A program made the translations under genes and the position numbers. From assembly GCA_001687465.1 (NCBI GenBank), contig LVLI01000344.1, forward strand, positions 1 to 64,000: 64,000 bases of DNA, read 5' to 3'. This DNA comes from Halocafeteria seosinensis. Lineage: Eukaryota. Each line of letters opens with the position of its first letter. Positions within the stretch are counted from its first letter, which is position 1. The notes beneath the pieces were generated by a model. The model searched no databases. It had not been told where the DNA came from and saw nothing but the letters and a program-made list of their open reading frames with translations. Shown one piece after another: positions 28,276 through 39,100 of the stretch.

Positions 28276-30077
28276 ATGAGCCATTCTTATGGAGAGGCTT
28301 CTGTGGCGCCGTATGCCTCTTCGTCCTCTTCGCTGCACCATCACAGTGTGGCTCGGAATGGACTAGATACGAATAGTGAGCGTCTTATTGATTCTTTGAG
28401 GGATTCATTGATGCACTATGGTTTTCACGTCAAGAAAGAATGGTTTGTAATGTTATTCGCTTGCTAATGGGAAGTAGTGGCCTAGCGTCTGAGTGACAAT
28501 GGTACTTGATTGTTACGCAGGCTTTCGCGGTGTGTGGAGCTACTCGTCAACTCCGGGTGCTCCCGCTCTATAGAACCCCTCCTACCTAGGGTTTATTCTC
28601 AGTTACTATTCAACCCCATTGCTATATGGGGTGAAGCGTCTCTACCACGCATACGTGGTGAAAGAGGCCACTTGGCCAAGAAATCAGCTCCGAGCGGCGT
28701 GGGGGATCCGCTTGTTGTAGAGGTCAGAGATTTCGCAAACATTGGAGCATCTCAAACAGAGCAATCGAAAGCAAACAGCACCGAGGCCCACTCGAAAGAA
28801 GTTATGAAACCAGAAAATGTATCGCTTGGTGCGGCTAACTTGCGGCGCATGCTGAAGATGATCGTCACTGATGGCAATGAAACCCTCGTTGCATTCGAGT
28901 AAGTTACAGACGCTTTTCATGGCAGTTTCACCGCGTACCTTGAGCATGCACAATTTTGTGGCTCAGAACGACCCCAAATAGGTTTTTGAACGACTTGCGG
29001 CGTGGCTGCAAGATATTAGTGAAACACGCAAGTATCAAGGACAATGCCCTTATGCTCAACTCTTCTTCGTGTCTGTTGGGTGGCTCTCTCGATGCTGAGA
29101 CTGTCAATCATAGTACTATAGCAGCGTCTACCGCAATAACAGCGAACGCTAGTTCAAGCACCGCATGTAGTTTTTCGAATTCAGGAGTGCGTGATCCTGT
29201 ATCGGGAACCCCTGCCGTCACTCAACAAGTCTCTAGCACTTATACCGCAACAACCACAGGTATTGTAGATGATATACCGGATAGTTTTTGGGAGAACTTG
29301 GATATCCCTTCGGAAAGCGCTCATAATGAGCAGCAAAGCTCTGATTGTATTCCATCTTCTACGTCCTCGGGAATGAGCAGCTCCGTTGACGCGGATATCT
29401 GTATCGATACCTCTCAGTCTAGTAGCAGTCGCGGCGTACAAAATGGTTTCTTGTCTCCTGAGTTAACCGAGAATAGTCAAAGTTCTTCCGAAGAATCACC
29501 TTTGAAGGATTTACCACGGATACGACTTCAGCAGTTGGAATCAGATCCTTCGTCTGTCTCTCTCCTGGAAGGAGTATCGAGATTGAGAGATGGTACTATG
29601 TCGCAAGCATTGATCCGAGTAAGCTTCTAATTTGCCGGATTCTGGTGCTTTGAGTTGTACTTCCCATATTTCTTTTGTTCGTTGTTTCTTCGTTTTGTGC
29701 AGTGTAAGACAACAGGGATTGTTAACCAGATTACGTTCGAAAGTGGAAACTATAACTTTGCGCTACTGGTATCAGAAGTTGACATGTCTCACACAGAAGC
29801 TATTTGTGTCGATTCCGACTGGCTACGGCGAATAATTGGTGTTGATGCTGCGTATGCGGCAAAGATTTTGCGTCCAAAAGATAGGAGCCGCAGGACTCCT
29901 AACCGAAAACTGTTGAAATCAAGATTCCGAGAACTTGGTCAACTTTTCAGTCAATTTAGTGGAGTAATATCGTGTAAACTACAAGAAGAGCGTCTCATAC
30001 AGTTTGCAGGATCGGAACGTCAGATTGCCATTGACATTACAGCACTGGATTTCCAGGAAATCAAGCATGCTATTTGA
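28276..30077 (+). CDS. RMI1: RecQ-mediated genome instability protein 1 (N-terminal OB fold, Ser-rich linker, C-terminal OB fold), multi-exon
   Basis: FHVKKEW..VYSQLL..ANIGAS..RRMLKMIVTDG..LVAFE..GCKILV..LLGG fits RMI1_N. The C-terminal exon 29655-30077 (VDSDWLRRIIG..FSGVI) fits RMI1_C. Confidence 0.8.
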
Positions 30078-30322
30078 ATTTCGGAGCTTCACAAACGAGT
30101 TTTATGTTTCTACATGATGCACACACCGTAGAAGCGAACAATGCAGCACAATTGTTCATCGCGGGAAAAAATAGAGATAAATAAATCGTGTCAGAGCTAG
30201 CTCCGTATAGCGTTTGTATATCCACCTTCTTCACATTAAGACGCACGCGCTGGCAGCCAGGCTAAGCCAGCTCCTTCTTTGAGAGCTTCTTGGACGAATA
30301 CAGATATCCACAACGAGAGACA

Positions 30323-32794
30323 ATGTCTACAACTCGAGCTACTTCCGTAAATGGTTCAACATTGCCGCTGCCGCCTCGACAGCAACGATTGGTTATCCTT
30401 TACGGCACTCAGACGGGCAATGCACGCGTACGTGTCTTGGATGACCTCGGGTGTCTCAGTTCATTAGATGTTGCTAGCATGATAACGCAGAATGCGGCTG
30501 AGAGGATAGCGAAAGGTTCGGCGAAGCGAGGATTTGACCCTCAGGTTTCAAGCATGAACGACTACAATATTCAACACCTCCCCGAAGAGGAACTCGTCAT
30601 TTTTGTGGCTGCGACGACGGGAGACGGAGATGCACCAGACTCCATGACGGTAGGTGGAATACTTTGCTCTTTTTCTCACCTGTTTGTTTCGACATGAAGG
30701 TGATACCACATGAATAACTATTCGTGCATGCACAGAGGTTCTGGAAGTTTCTTCTGCGAAAATCACTTCCCCATGACGTGCTTGAAAATCTACAGTTTGC
30801 AGTATTTGGACTTGGAGACTCCAGGTGAGAAGTGGCTACAATTTTCAAATCGTCGGGTTTTGATATTTTTCTATGCATCTTGGTTCGCATAACAATCGCA
30901 GCTACCCAAAATTTAATGCAATTGCTCGAAGGATGTACACACGACTGCAGCAACTAGGTGCCAAGCCATTGGTAAGCATAGGGTTGGGAGATGACCAAAG
31001 CGGCTACGGAATGGAAGGTATGGGGTTAAGTCCTGTGAATAGTCTCCAAGCATACCTACCTGTGGATATTGCTTACAGGTGACCTGGATGTGTGGATTAA
31101 GGAATTGTGGGACAAGCTGCTGCAACGCTATCCCATCCCCGCCGGTTATGAAATTAACGACGCACCAGAGCTCATTGAATGCCGCTACGAGGTGCACCGG
31201 GTGAATGGCATCGCTTCGAGGGAGGAGCAAACGTTTGGATTCTTCAAGCCTCCCAGCGATGCATATTCACGCCACGATCAAGTTGCCGGCTGCGAGCATC
31301 AGAAAGTGTATTTGGCACCTGTTGTCGAGAATAAAAGGATTACCGCACAACAATGGGAGCAAGAGACTAGGCATGTCTCTGTGGACATATCATGTTCTGG
31401 TTTGGAATATAAACCGGGAGATTGTGCTGTGATATGGCCGTCAAATGATATCGACGGTGGAAATCTTGCACAGAGGTAAGCAGATTGCGTACTGTCTCTT
31501 TCATACGTATTGAAATCGCCTCGCCTTTCAGACTAGCTACTCGATTGGGAATCTGCCTCAACGATCAAATAGCTGTAACCATGACAGATGCGCCTGCGGG
31601 TGACGCTGAGACTACCATAAGACTTGGCTCCGCCGCCACCAATGACCCATTCAATGTCCCTAAACGTGGCACAATCCCAGCCACCGAAGAAATTCACCGG
31701 CTACCATCGGTGTTAAGTGCTGCAGACTTAGTAAGCTAATTGATGTGGAATTGTCAATAACGACCTCGTAGACGTGAGTCTTCATCTATTCACTTGATCT
31801 GCAGTTCTTAAAACACCTTGATATTTGGGGTAAGCCTCGGCGGTCCGTGTTTGAGCAGCTTGCTTTCTTCGCGACCGACGATGAACATGCGGAGAAGCTA
31901 TTAGAGATATCTCGACCTGAAGGAGCTGATCTTTATTTCTCCTATATTTTACGAGAAAAACGAACTATCGTCGAAGTTCTCGAAGACTTTTACTCAATTC
32001 AGTTGCCTTTGGCCTTTCTCTTGGAACTTGTTCCACCGTTGCAACCTCGCTATTTCTCAATAGCGTCCTCGCCTAATGCTCATCCAGGAAAACTTGACTT
32101 TTGCATCGCGGTCGTAGATTACTTTACACCGTTCAAGAGGCAGATTAAAGGCGTTTGCTCAAATTGGATCGCGCAGAGGCCTCCTATAGAATCTCCTACC
32201 CTTGCGGACTGTAGCCTTCATCCCGAAGGCTATGTTGACGAAAACAATAACGTGAGAGTTTCCTCGCAACACTTAATCCCTCTGGCGATAAAGCCAGGGT
32301 CAATCTTCTTACCGGATGATAAAACTCCTCTTATATTGATTGGTCCTGGCACTGGGATCGCCCCCATGCGTTCAATTATCCATGAACGGGCTGCACGGAA
32401 AGAACTGTCTACAGTACCCGACACTTTCGGCCCCGTGGACTTGTATTTCGGGTGCAGAAAAAAAGAGAAAGACTTTTACTATGAAGAAGAATGGAAAGAC
32501 CTGTTAGAAAAAGGCGTCCTGAACTACTTATATACAGCGTTTTCCAGAGACCAAACAGCCAAAGAATACGTGCAACTGCGACTCTACGAAAACCGACAAA
32601 ACATAGCCCACTGGCTGATGAGGAGCGATACCCATCTCTTCATCGCAGGTTCAGCGAAAAGAATGCCAAACGACGTCGCCGAAGTTTTGTGCAGTATACT
32701 GAGCGAAGTCCGAGGATTGACCGAACAAGAATCCCAAAAATACCTGAGGCGCCTTTCTGCGGAGCGTCGCTATGTTGTTGAAGCGTGGGCATGA
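30323..32794 (+). CDS. NDOR1: NADPH-dependent diflavin oxidoreductase 1 (Tah18/ATR3), multi-exon
   Basis: FMN motifs ILYGTQTGNA, ATTGDGDAP, FAVFGLGDS and GLGDDQ. FAD motif PRYFSIASS. NADPH motifs GPGTGIAP, YFGCR, AFSRDQ and YVQ. C-terminal EAWA. Confidence 0.93.
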
Positions 32795-32807
32795 CGGCTG
32801 CCAATTC

Positions 32808-34316
32808 TCACCACCAGAAACTAACACTGAAGCTGAGCGACATGGATCGTATCTGGTGCCAACAACCCTGTGGGATGTATAACGTATCTCCGGGTCCAAT
32901 CAGAGCCTCGTATAGTGGGACTTCCTTAAAGTGAGGAAACTCGTCCAAGTCTGGATTATCTGGGTCCACTTGGCTGGTGTTAGACATTATACCCGGATGA
33001 GGATACAGTCTTTCTCGATAGCGATTGTCCACGAGAACGACACGCTTCCATCCGACAACCTGAGCGAGAAGGTTATGATACGGATCATTATGCAGACACG
33101 AAAGCGTGCCAGTAGGTCCCAACCACGCATTGATCTGAACCTCTCCTGTGGCCTTGGCTTCTTCATCCATTAAAGCGCAATAGTCCGGTACAAGGATATC
33201 TTGGCGCAATTCAGGAATTTGCTCAAAGAGTGGATGCTGTGCAAGATATCCAGTTGTTCCTGCACCATTACAATTATCATTTTGTTTTCCTAAAACGTAT
33301 CGATCTATGAAGTTGTCGAAACGGAGAAGTTCCTGGCCCCAGTTACCGGCCATATAGTGGTCTCCTGTCTCCACGGGCACAGTCCGCAAACCAGCTTGTC
33401 TTTTGAGGTACGATACATTTGCCCACTCTCTGGTTGAGCCATCACTTGTTTTGCCAAAGGCTGGCCACTCGTTTAAGAGCCCTTCAATAACCACTGGAAC
33501 TTTGTTGCCCATGTACTTCTGGAAGAAATCGAATAACGAGGGTGGCTCAGTCACTCGCTCAATCCCATACACTAGCCCTTTATTAGGAGCCTGCGAACTT
33601 CGAAAGAGGTTGGAACGCATTTCTGGAGTAAGTTCACAAGGCTGCTGGATGATTTCGTCTGTTCCTGCATCTTCGGTATTCTGTCCAGATAATTTTGTCA
33701 TTTCTCTTATAATGTCTTGAATTTGACCACGTTCTTGCGGTGTCGTCGTCATGCAGGCCAAATCCAATGTTCTTAACCACTCGGCGACGCGCTCGGTGCA
33801 TGTTTCTTCTATGTGCAAGAGCATATCGTAGTATATAACGAATCTGACAGCTATGGCATATAACACTCGCCAACCCAGAGCCACATCTTTCCAAACTCTT
33901 CCATGAAGCATATCCCAGCAAATTCGTTTGGCTTGGCTACCTAATTTCAGCTGCTGCGAGAGGACAGACGACACCTCATGGGTCCTCTGTCTTTTGGTGG
34001 GTTCAACAGGAGGATTCTCTTCGACACGAGTACTCGTTATGCTCTCAGATCGTCGGTAAGCAGCATGGCCGTAGGTATATGCTTTGTGAAGTACCTGAAC
34101 CACTCCCTGCGCTAGATGCCTATCTGCTGAGGACATAGAATCGATCCAGTGCTCATCACTCGCCTTTTCAATGCCACATCTTCTTTCCTTGGATCTATCT
34201 TTGTCAACTTCTGGGTTCTCTCTATGGTATAACGCTTCGATTCGACCATAATCTTGGCGTGCCACTTCCCTTAGTTGGCGTGTGATAAGCCTCTTCCACC
34301 TGTCGAAATCGTCCAT
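32808..34316 (-). CDS. KDM8: JmjC-domain protein JMJD5/KDM8-like (2OG-Fe(II) oxygenase), single exon
   Basis: 502-aa ORF with RTVPVETG, GYLAQHPLFEQIPELRQDI, NAWLGP.GT.S.LHNDPYHNLLAQVVG and WHQIRSMSLSFSVSFWW. The HxD...H iron triad is intact. Confidence 0.92.
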   Translation of the reverse strand: MDDFDRWKRLITRQLREVARQDYGRIEALYHRENPEVDKDRSKERRCGIEKASDEHWIDSMSSADRHLAQGVVQVLHKAYTYGHAAYRRSESITSTRVEENPPVEPTKRQRTHEVSSVLSQQLKLGSQAKRICWDMLHGRVWKDVALGWRVLYAIAVRFVIYYDMLLHIEETCTERVAEWLRTLDLACMTTTPQERGQIQDIIREMTKLSGQNTEDAGTDEIIQQPCELTPEMRSNLFRSSQAPNKGLVYGIERVTEPPSLFDFFQKYMGNKVPVVIEGLLNEWPAFGKTSDGSTREWANVSYLKRQAGLRTVPVETGDHYMAGNWGQELLRFDNFIDRYVLGKQNDNCNGAGTTGYLAQHPLFEQIPELRQDILVPDYCALMDEEAKATGEVQINAWLGPTGTLSCLHNDPYHNLLAQVVGWKRVVLVDNRYRERLYPHPGIMSNTSQVDPDNPDLDEFPHFKEVPLYEALIGPGDTLYIPQGCWHQIRSMSLSFSVSFWW

Positions 34317-36110
34317 GGCAACATGATATTCCCTAAAATGACTCTAGAAAGCGGGCATACTTTATTGTTGAGTGGTTCGGCGTCTTCGACACTACAAACC
34401 ACTGTCGGTTCTCTCAAGTTAGCACTGCTAGCTTACATTACCGGTACGTTGACAGTAATATATGTGAACTTGCTATGGTTCGAAAAATTCAATTACGAAG
34501 GATAATGAAGGAAAAAAGAATGCAAAGGGTAAGCTGTAGCAGCCATGGAACTGGTCTAGTTGTCGGAACCGGTTGGTGGAGTACTTAAACAGTACGCGTC
34601 TGAAGCGTCACCATAAGGAAGTTTGTCCGTCCACCATCACAGTCAAATCCATTTGGGCACTTAGGGTATTTCATGAATTTGAGAACAACGTAACTCCAGA
34701 AACTCCCCGCATCCAGTGAGGCCCCGTACCCAATATACGTAATAAAACTTCAAAACAGTTTGCGATTTTTGTATTGATTAAGGTGCCTTAGTCACTGTTG
34801 TCGAAGTGTTAAAGTGCCAATATCCAGAAGAACCGGCAGCTTGGTTCGTAGTTTCATATCCGTGTAAAACGCAATGCTTACCGATTCATAGGAAATTTTA
34901 TTGCATCGTCTGCCGAAATCGCGTTTATCCTTGAGCATTTTCGTACAGGAAAGCACTCTGAGACTCCGAATGGCGGAAACGCCTCTTTACAGTTTTGAGC
35001 TTTCCAATGAAATGTTTAAAGGTTCATCTATAGGATCTGGGCGCGCTCTATGCACCACAATAGATCCCGATATGGTAATATTCCCTATATAACTTTCTCA
35101 CAATCTACATAGGTTTCTCCTCTTTTTTTTTCTTTTTTTTGGTATTCAGTTTGTGGTCTCGTCGAACGGGATAATGTTAGCGACCTCCGCTTTCGGACGT
35201 GTTGTAAAAGGGACTTTCAAGCTAACGGAAAAGTGGATCATATTGCCATAAACGTTTAACAAATATTCATTGAGAGGAAGGGAAAGAGAGACAGAAAGGG
35301 TTGTAAGTGAAAGTGACAATCCGGTGAATGGTAAAACTATTCAGATCAACTTGGTGTTTAGATAATATTCTTACACCAGTCTCACACCTACTGTGGCTAA
35401 TGCTGGTAGAATTATACGGGAGGAGAACACATGGTGCTAATTTTTCACGACCCATGATACTTCTAAAGGACGGTGTGCGACATAAAGGAAATGAGAAAAC
35501 AAACTACGACGAACTAGCCCCATCGAATGAAGTCCTACCGGAACTACAAACATTTCCTTTATGTCGCACACCATCCTTTAGAACTATCGTCAACGACAAT
35601 AAATTCGTTAATCCAATACTGTTGCTGCGGCGCAGAACCTTGGCTTCCATCGTTTAGTACCAGTAGTACTGTGACGCATCGCACCCAATCCTTTGGATTC
35701 CTTTCCTGATCAACTTCAACGATACATTCTTTTCGCAGACTTTCGGAATGAGTTTTGTACTCAAAGCCTTAAAAAAGGACCTTTTTGCTAACATTTCATC
35801 AGTGTTTATATTTGCCCTCCTAGATTTGTTTGAATACATGGCAGATAGAAGTTTATATGTTCCCAGTTCTCGGATCGTTACTGGGACCTAGTATTGAGTG
35901 CGCATACCCTGGGTTCCTCAAGGACACGGAGAGAGTCTCTTTTGTCACTCAAGAAATAGCAGAAAATAGTGGGAACTGAGACTGGACTGTCATACAGTAT
36001 TTTAGCACGATATACGCAGGACCTCTGTTATTCTATTGCAAGTTCTTCGCACGCGCCAATCGATAGGGGAAGGAACCTGGTAGAGGGACTTTGTTTGAAC
36101 AAGTAGAACG

Positions 36111-39100
36111 ATGAACAGTGAGGAGAAACAAGGGACGACTGCTTCCCTCGTGGAACAGGCTTCCTTGAAAGCACGGCAACTGTCTTCGTCCCAATACAAC
36201 ATGGAACTAGTCAAAGAAAGCTTGGACTTTGAGTCGATTGATGAACTAGAGTATGTCAACCGCAAGAAAGCGCTACTGACCCAAGACGACGCGTTAAACT
36301 TGCAATGCGATTGCCGGACACAATTTGATGATGAGCTTATATGTGAGGATGAACGCTGCATTAATTATACCTCTAGAACAGAATGCCCCTTGGGAACATG
36401 TAGTAAACGACGGTGTGGAAATAAACGATTTCAGAAGAAGCAGTGGAAGGAGGTGGAGGTAACACCAGTAAGTCTGACTTTAGTTATTGAACTCGTGCAT
36501 ACACCTTTTTCTATTAAATGAAGCATGTCAAACTCTGTATGTATACTGTGCTTCTTATTCAGACGGAGAAAAAAGGAAACGGATTATTCTTGTGCGAACC
36601 AGCTGATGCTGGGGATTTCTTGATTGAATACGTTGGGGAAGTTATTTCAGAAAATGAGTATAATTCCCGGATGGACAAGTATAGACAGGAGGTGTGTGAA
36701 CTCGTTGATGTGCTGTCAAAGGGAAATTGATTGAAGCCCTCAAACTCTGTGCTTACGTCGCAGAAGAGGAAACACTTTTACATGCTTCAGATCAGAAAAC
36801 AAGAATACATTGATGCTTGCCAGAAAGGAAATGTAGCTCGGTTTATTAACCATAGTTGCGAGCCAAACTGCAGGACAGAAGTATGGTAGGTGCAAAGAAA
36901 ACAGATTATACCTTGTTGGCGTAACCATCCTCCGTTCATGTCTTCAGGCACGTGGGAAAAGAGGAGCGCGTGGGGATTTTCGCTATTAGGGATATCCGCG
37001 CCCAAGAGGAATTATGTTTCGATTACCAGTGGCAACGTATTGGTGAAGACAGAATCAAGTGCTACTGCGGGACGGCCAGCTGTAGAGGCTATTTGGGGGC
37101 TAAAGAAGATGATAGAGCAGGGCTCCCCTGTGGGCGATTTCGTGAACCACATGAGACGGAACTGGCGGCGGGCAAGTCCCTCATTAATAAATTCGTGCGG
37201 GTCCATAAGGATAACGATGATTTAATAGGGTCTTCTAAGAGCCGGGCCAAAGCAGTTAAAGCGAAGCGTGAGAGTTCAGTGGAACTAAGTGAGGATGTTG
37301 TAGAGGAAGATGAGGATGGAATATGGTTTGCCGCCCGCGTTAGCGATTATAATAGCACAACCGGTGGGCACAAACTCGCGTATTTGTTGGATGACACAAT
37401 ACAAGAAGAGGATTTGAGAACCGATCGATGGCAAATCCTGGAGGCCTCTCACTTGGGGCCAACGACGGCGTTAGATGAAGCAGAACCAAGCGAGGTTGCC
37501 AATCTGCCTCGTCGCCACAATGCGGAGCAAATGGAAGAACTAAAGAGGGAGTACCAACAGCAGCTCCAGGAAGAAGAAGATGCGGCTGCTGTTGCAGCCG
37601 TAGAAAGGCAAAAACGTGCGAGAAAGCTCCTGGAAAAGACTCAACGTGCTTGGGAAAAGAAACTCGAAGAACAAGAAAAAATGTCTAGGCGGAAGAACAG
37701 AGAAATTGCCGAGCAGCTCAGAAAGAGCAGGGAAACGGAAGAAACAGATTTGGAGGAACAAGAGCAGCCCAATTCGGCTTCCAAAATTGACATGCGCCGG
37801 AAGATGGAAAGTTTCCTCCAGCAAGATGGTAAAAGCCAAGAACAAGAGGCTTTAGAATACTGGGGTGAAAGTGCGGTATCTCATCGCTCGACTGCAACAA
37901 GCCAGGCTAGCCATTATTCCGGAAAACGGAGCCGCCAAGCACATAATGACGACAAATCGCGAAAAAAGAGGAGACTGAAAGACAAGCGACGCTTCTCATT
38001 CACCGAGTACAGGAATCATGCAGGAGAAGTGAATCTACGGCCAACCCACGGTTCCCGGTTTCCGTTTGAATTGAGTTGGCGCTTTGCCGTACGAGATGTT
38101 ATCTCACCACCTTCAAAGAAGCACGGCTTCTCGTTGGAAGATGAGTACCTTTGGAGGTATCATGCTCAGCTATTGGTGGCCCAATCTGCGAGGGACCTGG
38201 AGGTGTCCTTCAGAATGATGCTTCGAGCAATGCTAATAACGCACAAGTTTTGCAGCGCATGTAGCCTAAAAAATATCCCCCTGAGGGCGGTCGTATCTGC
38301 TTCCCTTTTAATTGCTCACAAATTTGAGATGCAGGTGGATGATAAGCAAAAGTTTTCTGTCTCCAGAATATCTAGAAGAGTGGCGAAGACTGCAAAGGAG
38401 ATGATTTCCAAACATTCCAAAGATTTTACTTTCAGCCAGCAAGACGAGCCTGGACCAGTCCGGGAAAGCATTCATGGATATTGCTGTGGAGTCCTTTATG
38501 AGAACTCTTTTTCTTCACCTGAGCAGCTGCAAAGAGCATCAGAGCTATCTGCCTTTAGTCCCGAAGGTATGACGTCAACGGATTATTTCGCCATGGAATG
38601 CCTGCGGGCTGTGCATACTGAACGTCTCGTTCTGGGTGTTTTACGCTTCTGCGTAGACGACATAGATGTCGAGGGGATAATTGGTTTGCTGGATACGAGC
38701 TGGGCTTCGAGCTTTCTGGGGGATGAGAAACGCAGCAAAACGAAACGAGATGAGATTTTGAAAAAGCACCCGTGGTTGCAATATGCCGCGCGGGCTAAGG
38801 ATGAAGATGGACAAATCTGTTATTGGAGAAGCCTCACGCAGTTGGTGGTTGTAATTTCGTTAATTACTCGACCTTGGCTTTGGAACCTACACGTTCCTGA
38901 AGCTGTGATCAGTTCCATTGCTCATTGGTGCGCATATGACGCCGATCCGGAAAACGTCAATTCTGCCAACAAGGGTACATTTGAGCTGGCATTTCAGCAC
39001 CGTTACCTGTACATTCAGTCAGCGTCGAAGACTCTGCGCTATTCTTCGCTTAAGACTCTTGTAACTGGAAGAGATATTAGATACTTGCTACCTTTCGTTG

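Noticed and set aside
34400..36050. 1.7-kb spacer with short ORFs and a poly-T tract (35121-35140), considered as a decayed element or pseudogene
   Set aside because: No recognisable domain, terminal repeats or consistent reading frame.
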